DNA of 32,000 nucleotides from NCBI RefSeq assembly GCF_000175255.2, contig NC_017262.1:360001-392000 (forward strand). The letters run 5' to 3'. The first letter of the stretch is position 1; every line of letters starts with the position of its first letter. This DNA is from Zymomonas mobilis subsp. mobilis ATCC 10988 (lineage in GTDB: Bacteria > Pseudomonadota > Alphaproteobacteria > Sphingomonadales > Sphingomonadaceae). Below are positions 16,555-24,606 of this stretch, piece by piece. A program made the position numbers and the translations under genes. A model generated the notes under the pieces. That model searched no databases and was not told the origin of the DNA. It saw only the letters and a list, made by a program, of their open reading frames with translations.

Positions 16555-17460
16555 TTGTTGGAACTGTCAATTTCTTCTTCAGACCGAGGAAATAGAGCCA
16601 CTATCAGTCGTCCCTTATATGGTCTGACGTTGATCCTGATCTTTTGCTGTCTTTTTACCTCATCCGCAAACAGCACCGATAATAAACCACCTCGCCGTAT
16701 TGTATCGCTGAATTTATGCGCAGACGAATTATTGGTTGCGCTGGCAGAGCGTCCTCAAATAGCCGCCCTCACTCGTTATGCCCGTAATCCCGATATGTCT
16801 TTGGTCTCAAAGGAAGCTCAATCCCTTCCTTTTACCTATGGCGGTGCCGAAGAATTGCTGCGCCTTCATCCTGATTTGGTCATCACCAGTAGCTATAGCC
16901 ATGCCGAAATCCTGCCCTTATTAAAGGACAGACAGGTTAAAATTATCGACCTCCCTTTGGCGAATAGCCTAGCCGATATTATAGCCCAGATACGTATTGT
17001 TGCTTTGGCGGTCGGCCATCCCGAAAGAGGCGAAGCCGCCATCCAAAAAATGGAAAAGGAACTTCGGACATTACCGCCTCCGATGGGGCATGGCCGAACA
17101 GCCGCCTATTACCAGAGACAGGGCTATTTAAGCGGAACGGGCAGTCTGATTGATGATATGATGAAAAAGATTGGCCTAAAAAATCTGGCGAATAACCTTA
17201 ATAAATCGGCTCTATCGCGGCTTTCGCTGGAAGAAATCGTTACCTATCACCCCGATTTTTTAATCATGGGGCAAAAAAGTTATTCAACGCAGGATATCGG
17301 CAGCCAAATGCTACAGCATCCTCTTTTAAAACAAGCGATTCCGGCCTCTCATCGGCTTTTTATCCCTGCCCCTCTGACCCTATGCGGCAGCCCACATTAC
17401 CCGGAAGCTATCAAAATTTTGAATAAAGAATTGGAAACAATTGATCACCCATCGCGTTGA
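16555..17460 (+). CDS. Periplasmic binding protein, Fe-siderophore/heme/B12 (BtuF/HmuT-like, TroA fold) class
   Basis: Only the C-terminal ~300 aa of ORF 16276..17460 look real. TTG at 16555 (or 16558) follows GAGAGG. The signal-like LYGLTLILIFCCLFTSSA is followed by PRRIVSLNLCADELLVAL...HPDLVITS, typical of this family. Start position uncertain. Confidence 0.7.
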   Translation: MLELSISSSDRGNRATISRPLYGLTLILIFCCLFTSSANSTDNKPPRRIVSLNLCADELLVALAERPQIAALTRYARNPDMSLVSKEAQSLPFTYGGAEELLRLHPDLVITSSYSHAEILPLLKDRQVKIIDLPLANSLADIIAQIRIVALAVGHPERGEAAIQKMEKELRTLPPPMGHGRTAAYYQRQGYLSGTGSLIDDMMKKIGLKNLANNLNKSALSRLSLEEIVTYHPDFLIMGQKSYSTQDIGSQMLQHPLLKQAIPASHRLFIPAPLTLCGSPHYPEAIKILNKELETIDHPSR

Positions 17461-17552
17461 CTTAACAAATCCGTTTTAAAGGCGGATCAACAGGCCCAAT
17501 AAAAATTTCAGAGATATCTGATTTTTGTCCCGAAATAACGTAAAGCCTGATT

Positions 17553-17579
17553 ACCCCTTTCAAAACAGGGGTCTTTTTT
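17553..17579 (+). terminator. Intrinsic terminator-like hairpin
   Basis: acccct (17553-17558) pairs with aggggt (17567-17572), then cTTTTTT. The stem is short (6 bp). Confidence 0.5.
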
Positions 17580-17600
17580 AAAAAATGTGGAGAGTTTCTG

Positions 17601-18623
17601 ATGAACACTTCTACGCAAAAACCCGCTCATTTCGACAAGATTTCGATCAAAGGGATTGATAAATCCGCAACCCGTGTAGCGTTAGGCACATGGGCTATTG
17701 GTGGCTGGATGTGGGGCGGCACCGATGACGATGCCTCCATTAAAACCATTCATCGGGCGATTGATCTTGGTATCAATATCATCGACACCGCTCCGGCTTA
17801 TGGCCGTGGCCACGCTGAAGAAGTCGTTGGTAAAGCCATCAAAGGCCAACGCGATAATTTGATTATTGCGACCAAAGTTGGCCTTGATTGGACTTTAACC
17901 CCCGACCAATCGATGCGCCGTAACAGTTCAGCCAGCCGTATCAAAAAAGAAATCGAAGATTCTTTGCGCCGCCTTGGCACTGATTATATCGACCTTTATC
18001 AGGTGCATTGGCCGGATCCGCTGGTTCCGATTGAAGAAACCGCAACAATATTGGAAGCCCTCAGAAAAGAAGGCAAAATCCGTTCTATCGGCGTTTCCAA
18101 TTATTCCGTTCAACAGATGGACGAGTTCAAGAAATATGCCGAGCTGGCCGTTTCGCAGTCGCCTTATAATCTGTTTGAACGCGAAATAGACAAAGATATC
18201 CTGCCTTATGCCAAGAAAAACGATCTGGTCGTTTTAGGCTATGGTGCACTTTGCCGTGGTTTACTTTCTGGCAGAATGACGGCTGATCGTGCCTTTACAG
18301 GCGATGATTTACGGAAAACAGACCCGAAATTCCAGAAACCGCGCTTTGAACATTATCTGGCTGCGGTTGAAGAACTGAAGAAACTCGCCAAAGAGCATTA
18401 CAATAAATCGGTGTTGGCTTTGGCTATCCGCTGGATGCTGGAGCAAGGGCCCACTTTAGCACTTTGGGGCGCTCGCAAGCCGGAACAGATCGACGGTATT
18501 GATGAAGTTTTTGGCTGGCAGATATCGGATGAAGATCTGAAACAGATTGATGCTATTCTGGCCAAGAATATCCCCAATCCTATCGGTGCAGAATTTATGG
18601 CACCCCCGCCACGCGATAAATAA
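17601..18623 (+). CDS. NADPH-dependent aldo/keto reductase
   Basis: 340 aa with AKR catalytic residues in context: IDTAPAYG (D, Y), IATKVG (K), LYQVHWPD (H). GGAGAG SD upstream. Confidence 0.9.
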   Translation: MNTSTQKPAHFDKISIKGIDKSATRVALGTWAIGGWMWGGTDDDASIKTIHRAIDLGINIIDTAPAYGRGHAEEVVGKAIKGQRDNLIIATKVGLDWTLTPDQSMRRNSSASRIKKEIEDSLRRLGTDYIDLYQVHWPDPLVPIEETATILEALRKEGKIRSIGVSNYSVQQMDEFKKYAELAVSQSPYNLFEREIDKDILPYAKKNDLVVLGYGALCRGLLSGRMTADRAFTGDDLRKTDPKFQKPRFEHYLAAVEELKKLAKEHYNKSVLALAIRWMLEQGPTLALWGARKPEQIDGIDEVFGWQISDEDLKQIDAILAKNIPNPIGAEFMAPPPRDK

Positions 18624-18640
18624 GAGCGGATATAAAACAA

Positions 18641-18673
18641 GCCGTCACTGTCGCAAGACAGGGCGGCTTTTTT
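18641..18673 (+). terminator. Rho-independent terminator
   Basis: The gccgtcactgtc and gacagggcggc arms (18641-18667) are followed by T6. Confidence 0.8.
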
Positions 18674-18688
18674 ATGTCTGATACAAGC

Positions 18689-18762
18689 TGGAGCGGGCGA
18701 AGGGAATCGAACCCTCCTAGCTAGCTTGGAAGGCTAGTGCATTACCACTATGCTACGCCCGC
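18689..18762 (-). tRNA. tRNA-Gly (anticodon UCC)
   Basis: Minus strand reads GCGGGCGTAGCATAGTGGTAATGCACTAGCCTTCCAAGCTAGCTAGGAGGGTTCGATTCCCTTCGCCCGCTCCA. It has a 7-bp acceptor stem, anticodon loop CT-TCC-AA, TTCGATT T-loop and encoded CCA. Confidence 0.92.
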
Positions 18763-18816
18763 TTACCAGAGGCCACTTCCTTACCGATTTCTTTCAAAAC
18801 AGGCAAGGGGTAAATT

Positions 18817-19806
18817 TTAAAGTAATCGTCGACTTTCATTGATTTGCCACAAAAGCAAAGCAGGAACGCCAATAGAAATATCACGCGCCCTTTTCAAAAG
18901 AGATAAAGCGATCATTTCTGCTCCCGTCAGCCCAAAAAGTGGTGCCATCAGGATATAAGCCCCTTCTTGAAGACCGATTGCTCCCGGAACAATAAAAGCT
19001 GCACTGCGCAAGGCAAAAATCAGGCTTTCGATGGTCAAAACAGCGGTTAGAGAAACCTGAACCCCCATAAAACGCAAGGCCACCCATGCACTCGAGGCTC
19101 CGACCACCCACGCCAACATATTAAAGGTAAAGGACGCCAATAACTTCATCGGCTGGTGATAAATTTCGGTCATTTTATTCGAGACATCTCGAATATTATC
19201 ACCGGCACCAGGCACAATTTTTTCAGCCAAACTGCCCGCGACATTCAAAATAGGCCGCTGGAAGAGAATAAATAACAGCAAAATGACAACGATCACGCCC
19301 AATCCGGCATAGGATAAAGGCTGAATTGACATCGCCTTTCCGCCGCCGAAATAATAAAAAGAGATCGTGCCAACCCCAAACAGGGTGAAAATGAGCTGCG
19401 AAGCCATTTCTGCGGTCATATCGACAATCATCGAGGCATAGACCAACTGAAAAGGCAAACCCGCTCCAGTCAATGTTCTGGCACCCAGAATGATGCCACC
19501 AATTTGAGAGAAGGGTAGAATTTCACTTGCCGCTTCTCTGATCGTCCGTCCCCATGAAAATAACGGCATTTTCCGCAGAGATTGGTTCGGCGTCACCGAA
19601 AACCACGCCGCACCCAAAAGGAGCAACACGATCACCGAGAAGAAACAGAAAAGCAAAAAACCTTCGACACCGATGCTGGCAACCGCTGAAAAGATATTAT
19701 GGAAACCGATCCGGTGCATAAAATAAAGAGCCAGAATAAAACCAGTCAGACTTGCTGCCAGAATTATAATGCGGCTCCATGGTTTATCTTTATTTTTGCC
19801 GGTCAT
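18817..19806 (-). CDS. hpnL: Hopanoid-associated membrane protein HpnL (LPG-synthase-TM / UPF0104 family)
   Basis: Polytopic membrane protein with the family-typical C-terminal IVPGAIGLQEGAYIL. It sits directly after hpnIJK. Start set at ATG 19806 (MTGKNKDKPW...); the longer TTG start at 19920 is possible. Confidence 0.75.
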   Translation of the reverse strand: MTGKNKDKPWSRIIILAASLTGFILALYFMHRIGFHNIFSAVASIGVEGFLLFCFFSVIVLLLLGAAWFSVTPNQSLRKMPLFSWGRTIREAASEILPFSQIGGIILGARTLTGAGLPFQLVYASMIVDMTAEMASQLIFTLFGVGTISFYYFGGGKAMSIQPLSYAGLGVIVVILLLFILFQRPILNVAGSLAEKIVPGAGDNIRDVSNKMTEIYHQPMKLLASFTFNMLAWVVGASSAWVALRFMGVQVSLTAVLTIESLIFALRSAAFIVPGAIGLQEGAYILMAPLFGLTGAEMIALSLLKRARDISIGVPALLLWQINESRRLL

Positions 19807-19936
19807 GAAGTGAAGTAGCCACGCTCTTATGAAAAGAGCCGCCCAAGATTTTAAGCGGCCTATGGGACGAACCCGAAAATGATAGAAAGGGTCTATTCCA
19901 TAGAGAGGCCAAAATCGCAAGTTTGATTAACAGAAA

Positions 19937-19969
19937 AGCAGGCCTTTTAACCTTTTTAAAAGACCTGCT
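19937..19969 (-). terminator. Strong intercistronic hairpin between hpnK and hpnL (possible partial terminator or processing site)
   Basis: 14-bp stem (13 Watson-Crick pairs plus one mismatch): agcaggccttttaa (19937-19950) with ttaaaagacctgct (19956-19969). On the minus strand it is followed by UUUCUGUU. Confidence 0.35.
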
Positions 19970-20007
19970 CCTATTTTTTCAGCTTTTAATAATGAGGCTT
20001 AAAGCCG

Positions 20008-20853
20008 TTATTTCCCGAGAAAATCAGAAAAATTACCCAGCTCTATCTGACGCTCTTTCAGGGCTTTTTTGACGGCTTCATCGGTCAAAGCATGCCATTC
20101 TTCAATGGATTCATAGCCTTGAGCATGACCTTCATATTCATCACTGACCGCAGGATGGACATAAATTTCACTCAAGCCTTCCGGCAAATGCTCGATCAAG
20201 CCTAACATTCTGTGCGGGGTCATATGCCCCGTCCATGCAATGCCAAAAGTCTGATCAGGCACAAGAAGGCCGGCATTAACCGAGCGTTTCCGAATACCAT
20301 AAGCCCAAGGCATTGCGACATAATCGGGCAGATGACGGGTAACCGGTTCAATCTCGGCTAAAATATTGATCGGTTCGACGGGCGCACGCATAGCCTTCAA
20401 ACCATAACGACGACCAATCGCTAAAATGAGATTGGAAATCGTCGGATGAAGGTGAAAATGCTTATGGGCATTAACATGGTCAAGTTTCAGACCCGTTGCA
20501 GCAAAAGCGCTAAATTGGGCGTTGATTTCGCGCACCAACTGCCGCCGAACACCGGGGCGAAAGAAGATATCGACACCGGCTCTCACCATATTGCGGCGAA
20601 ACATACCATCTCGATCAACGAGATCCGGTATTTCATCAGGTGGTAGAACCGGACGACCTTCGACCAGAACCAGATGAAGACCAACCCCCAATTTAGGGAG
20701 TCTTCTGGCACGTTCGACCGCATCAAAGGCAGCCGGAGCGCCCACCATCAGACTAGCCGCCGTCAACACGCCATCGATATGCGCCTTTTCCACTGCCTCA
20801 TTAACAACGGTAGCAGCTCCGAAATCATCAGCGGTGACGATCAGCTTTTTCAC
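20008..20853 (-). CDS. hpnK: Hopanoid biosynthesis protein HpnK (YdjC-like carbohydrate deacetylase)
   Basis: GTG start with GGAG SD. YdjC-family N-terminus KKLIVTADDFG and histidine-rich core (HVNAHKHFHLHP). Position in the hpnI-J-K-L order supports the call. Confidence 0.85.
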   Translation of the reverse strand: MKKLIVTADDFGAATVVNEAVEKAHIDGVLTAASLMVGAPAAFDAVERARRLPKLGVGLHLVLVEGRPVLPPDEIPDLVDRDGMFRRNMVRAGVDIFFRPGVRRQLVREINAQFSAFAATGLKLDHVNAHKHFHLHPTISNLILAIGRRYGLKAMRAPVEPINILAEIEPVTRHLPDYVAMPWAYGIRKRSVNAGLLVPDQTFGIAWTGHMTPHRMLGLIEHLPEGLSEIYVHPAVSDEYEGHAQGYESIEEWHALTDEAVKKALKERQIELGNFSDFLGK

Positions 20854-20868
20854 TTCTTTACTCCGTTT

Positions 20869-22299
20869 TTAGCAAGCTTCTTTCCGTTCCCGCAGGAACT
20901 GGAAGAACTCAACACCTTCGCGCAACCGGCGTTTCATCATATCAAAGTCACGAACCATTTCGTTGACAATCGAGAAGACTTTACCGGGGCGGAAATAAAA
21001 GCGCTTATAGAAAGTCTCAACTGAACGGAAGATTTCTTCATGACTTAAATGCGGATAGCTCAAAGGCGCGATCTGGACACCATGTTCATCCACTAATTCA
21101 GCATGTGACTGGTCAAGCCAGCCATTTTCGATGGCCTGTTTATAAAGCAAGGTTCCCGGATAGGGAGCCGCCAAAGAAACCTGAATGGTATGCGGATTGA
21201 TTTCACAAGCCCATTTAATGGTCTGTTCAATGGTTTCGCGGGTTTCGCCCGGCAAGCCCAAAATGAAGGTGCCGTGGATAGCAATACCCAGATCATGACA
21301 ATCGCGGGTAAATTTCTCGGCTGTTTCGACCCGCATCCCTTTTTTGATATTATGCAGGATCTGCTGGTTACCGGATTCATAACCGACCAATAAAAGACGA
21401 AGTCCGTTATCTTTCAGAACCTTCAAGGTTTCATAAGGCACGTTGGCTTTGGCGTTACAAGACCATGTAACCCCTAATTTACCCAATTCGCGGGCAATCG
21501 CTTCGGCACGGGGACGATCATCGGTAAAGGTATCGTCATCAAAGAAGAATTCTTTTACCTGCGGGAAGGTCTTCAGCGCATATTTGATTTCTTCAATCAC
21601 ATGCTCGACGCTGCGAGTTCTATATTTATGCCCGCCAACAGTTTGCGGCCACAGACAGAAACTACAATGCGACTTACAACCGCGTCCCGTATAGATCGAG
21701 ATATAAGGATGTTTCAGATAACCGATGAAATATTTCTCGATTTCAAGATCACGCTTGTAAATCGGAGTCACAAAGGGCAGCTCATCCATATTCTGAAGCA
21801 AAGGCCGATCCGCATTATGGACAATTTCGCCTTTGTCATTGATATAGCTCAAGCCGAGAATTTCTGACCAATCTTTGCCATCGGCGACATCTTTGATCGT
21901 GAAATCAAATTCGTTACGCGCGACAAAGTCAACGATACCCTTGGCATCTTTCAGGCTTTTATCAGCCTCGACCGCGACTTTTGCCCCGATGAAGCCGATT
22001 TTCATCGCCGGATTGACTTTTTTAAGAGCCGCTGCGGTTTTGACATCGGACGCAAAGCTAGGAACCGAGGTATGCAAAATCGCCAAATCATAATCCGGCG
22101 CGATGGCCAAAACTTCCGGCAATTTCGTGCCATGCGGCGGGGCATCAATCAGCTTTGAATCTTTAATAAGAGCTGCAGGCTGTGCGAGCCAGGTCGGATA
22201 CCAGAAGCTCTTGATTTCACGGCGAGCCTGATAACGGGAACCAGCCCCGCCATCAAAACCGTCAAAAGACGGTGCCTGCAGAAAAAGCGTACGCATCAT
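20869..22299 (-). CDS. hpnJ: Hopanoid biosynthesis radical SAM protein HpnJ (B12-binding-domain class)
   Basis: 476 aa with an N-terminal B12-binding-like domain and the radical SAM cluster motif CKSHCSFC (CxxxCxxC). GGAG SD, 14 nt after the hpnI stop. Confidence 0.85.
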   Translation of the reverse strand: MMRTLFLQAPSFDGFDGGAGSRYQARREIKSFWYPTWLAQPAALIKDSKLIDAPPHGTKLPEVLAIAPDYDLAILHTSVPSFASDVKTAAALKKVNPAMKIGFIGAKVAVEADKSLKDAKGIVDFVARNEFDFTIKDVADGKDWSEILGLSYINDKGEIVHNADRPLLQNMDELPFVTPIYKRDLEIEKYFIGYLKHPYISIYTGRGCKSHCSFCLWPQTVGGHKYRTRSVEHVIEEIKYALKTFPQVKEFFFDDDTFTDDRPRAEAIARELGKLGVTWSCNAKANVPYETLKVLKDNGLRLLLVGYESGNQQILHNIKKGMRVETAEKFTRDCHDLGIAIHGTFILGLPGETRETIEQTIKWACEINPHTIQVSLAAPYPGTLLYKQAIENGWLDQSHAELVDEHGVQIAPLSYPHLSHEEIFRSVETFYKRFYFRPGKVFSIVNEMVRDFDMMKRRLREGVEFFQFLRERKEAC

Positions 22300-22313
22300 T
22301 ATAAAAAGGACTC

Positions 22314-23468
22314 CTATTTGCGCGAAATGCGCCCGTCAGAATGCAACGTAAGTTCCATTCCCTGCCAATCAACAGAAGAGATAAAGAAGGTCGATAAAAA
22401 TATTCCGAAAGAGAGTAAATCGCGAAAAGGCAGCTGTAATAACGCGTCCATTCGTGAAACTCCAGTCACCCTATTTATACGCCACCCCAATAACCAGCGG
22501 GAAGCCAAAGCAAGACAAAAAACCGGCCAGCTCACCCATCCATTTGTTAACATCAGTCCGATAAAGGCCAAAGGCACGGGATAAGTGACCGCACTTCCGA
22601 AAAAGCCGACCGGATTAATATCCCTGATTGTCGCTGACCATCGCAATTCATGCCGAACAAGGGATGAAAAACTTGTTTCTGTGCAGCTATGCGTCAAAAT
22701 AACCGGTATTACTTCAACTCTTAATCCCAACGCCCTGACTTTTGCACCTAAAACATAATCATCTGCCAGAATATTGGCGAGGCTGTTAAATCCGCCAATC
22801 GCTTCCAACGTCTCGCGTTTTATGGCAATCGTTGACCCCATACAAGGGTTAGCTTTCCTAAGAGCAACGCCTACCATAACTGACGGTAAAAAATTATAGT
22901 CAATATTGGCGGCAGACAGCCGCGACCAATACCCGTTATCGCCTCTTCCGTGATAAAGGCAGGTCACTGCCCCGACATCTTTCTTTTCAAGCGCATGAAC
23001 CACCTGACGGATATAACCTTCAGGTACACTCATATCGCTATCACTGATAATCAAAATATCATGGCCGATATGCGCCGTGATATTGATAAGATTGGAAATC
23101 TTGGCATTAGTGCCATGACTTTTGCTATCAACAATCAACCGGACAGCTGTCTGATTACTGGTAGAGGCAATCTCTCTTACGGTCTCACCTGCCGGATCAT
23201 CAGGATTCTGGATCCCGCAGAGCATTTCATATTCTGCCGGATAATCTTGTTTCAGAAAGGTCAAAAGATTTTCTGTCAGAGCAGGTTCGTCACCATGCAA
23301 AGGCTTGACCAGCGAAACAGAAGGCCATGCCTTTCTCTTGATCACTTCTTTTTGTTGCCACCACAGCACGACAATCGCGGCCAGAATGGTATAACCCACA
23401 CCGGCCAACGCCATAAGCAGTGCCAGACTGCCTATAATTGTCAAAAGGACATGCAGGATGGTTATCAT
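22314..23468 (-). CDS. hpnI: Hopanoid biosynthesis glycosyltransferase HpnI (GT2 family)
   Basis: N-terminal TM helix, GT2 core with DSD (LIISDSDM), C-terminal TM segments. First gene of the hpnI-J-K run. Confidence 0.85.
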   Translation of the reverse strand: MITILHVLLTIIGSLALLMALAGVGYTILAAIVVLWWQQKEVIKRKAWPSVSLVKPLHGDEPALTENLLTFLKQDYPAEYEMLCGIQNPDDPAGETVREIASTSNQTAVRLIVDSKSHGTNAKISNLINITAHIGHDILIISDSDMSVPEGYIRQVVHALEKKDVGAVTCLYHGRGDNGYWSRLSAANIDYNFLPSVMVGVALRKANPCMGSTIAIKRETLEAIGGFNSLANILADDYVLGAKVRALGLRVEVIPVILTHSCTETSFSSLVRHELRWSATIRDINPVGFFGSAVTYPVPLAFIGLMLTNGWVSWPVFCLALASRWLLGWRINRVTGVSRMDALLQLPFRDLLSFGIFLSTFFISSVDWQGMELTLHSDGRISRK

Positions 23469-23529
23469 TGTTTAATCCTGATCATGAACCGTTCTTATGC
23501 CTTTCTGGCCTTATGTCTGTGTCAAATCG

Positions 23530-23556
23530 GACGCCGCTGTATAAACAGGCAGCGTC
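23530..23556 (-). terminator. Imperfect hairpin immediately after the deaminase stop (weak terminator candidate)
   Basis: gacgc...ctgt (23530-23540) pairs with acag...gcgtc (23545-23556), with internal mismatches and only a short U stretch after it on the minus strand. A perfect TTGACA follows on the minus strand (plus 23520-23525). Confidence 0.3.
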
Positions 23557-24570
23557 TTAGAAAGAATCTACATATTTATCCAGAACATCCAGATAAGCTG
23601 CGACGGTTTGATCCGGAAGAAATGATCCGAGAAAACTGTTTCTGGCAATTTCAACGAAATCAGCCGCTTTTAGGCCGCAATATTCAGCCAAGGCTTTGTA
23701 ATTATCATTTACATATCCCCCAAAATAGGCGGGATCGTCCGAGTTTATAGTAACTCGAAGCCCTTGGCGCAACAGATAGGGTAACGGATGATTGCGAAGG
23801 TCAGGCACAACCTGTAATTTCTGATTTGAAAGCGGACAAATCGTCAAGGCAATGGCCGAACGCGCTGCCCGCGTCATCAGCAAACGATCTTCGGTAATCC
23901 GGTTGCCATGATCGATCCGATCAATATTCAGGATGTCCAAAGCCTCTTTGATATAGGAAGCATCGCCTTCTTCACCGGCATGTGCAACCAGCTTCAATCC
24001 TTTTTGACGGGCTTCGGCAAAAACATGGCGGAATTTTGAAGGCGGATTACCGACTTCAGAAGAATCAAGACCGACGCCGGTAATCTTGTCGAGGAAGGGT
24101 TCAGCCATCCGCAAGGTTGCAAAGGCCGATTCCTCATCCAGATGCCGCAGGAAACACATAATCAGCTGAACCGACATGCCTAATTCGGCTTCGGCTTTGG
24201 TAACAGCTGCCAACAAACCATTCATGACGACATTGAAAGGAATACCGCGCTCTGTATGGCTCTGGGGATCAAAAAAGATTTCACTATGAAGGACATTGTC
24301 GCGATGCGCCCGATAGAAATAGGCCATCGCCAAATCACAGAAATCTTCTTCAGTTTTTAAAACATTGGTTCCTTGATAATAAATATCAAGAAACTCTTGT
24401 AAGTTGTTGAAATTATAGGCAGCTTTTACGGATTCAACATCAGGAAAAGGTAAGGTAACCTTATTCCGCTTGGCCAATTCAAACATCAATTCAGGTTCAA
24501 GGCTTCCCTCAATATGCAGATGCAACTCTGCCTTCGGCAAAGCCGCTATAAATTTTATAAGATTATTCAT
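23557..24570 (-). CDS. Adenine deaminase, adenosine/AMP-deaminase superfamily (Aah1 / type-2 subfamily); usually auto-annotated as adenosine deaminase
   Basis: 337 aa. LPKAELHLHIEGSLEPELMFELAKRN, NLQEFLDIYYQGTNVL, AHAGEEG, ICPLSNQKLQVV and INSDDPAYFGGYV follow yeast Aah1-type sequences closely, not E. coli Add (HRHLDG). Confidence 0.8.
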   Translation of the reverse strand: MNNLIKFIAALPKAELHLHIEGSLEPELMFELAKRNKVTLPFPDVESVKAAYNFNNLQEFLDIYYQGTNVLKTEEDFCDLAMAYFYRAHRDNVLHSEIFFDPQSHTERGIPFNVVMNGLLAAVTKAEAELGMSVQLIMCFLRHLDEESAFATLRMAEPFLDKITGVGLDSSEVGNPPSKFRHVFAEARQKGLKLVAHAGEEGDASYIKEALDILNIDRIDHGNRITEDRLLMTRAARSAIALTICPLSNQKLQVVPDLRNHPLPYLLRQGLRVTINSDDPAYFGGYVNDNYKALAEYCGLKAADFVEIARNSFLGSFLPDQTVAAYLDVLDKYVDSF

Positions 24571-24606
24571 GTAACATACTCAAATTTAATAGAAAATCGT
24601 CAACCC

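Noticed and set aside
18689-18762. tRNA-Gly as an integration site for a genomic island
   Set aside because: No integrase, no visible direct repeat of the tRNA 3' end, and no compositional break in the flanking genes that I could see by eye. A proper repeat search would be needed to exclude it fully.
22950-23750. 266-aa ORF on the plus strand spanning the hpnI/deaminase boundary. Other long antisense ORFs: 6381..6929, 5043..5534, 4963..5334, 29664..30260
   Set aside because: Each lies entirely antisense to a gene with strong family signatures and has a compositionally odd (Arg/Cys/His-rich) translation and no SD. These are typical shadow ORFs.
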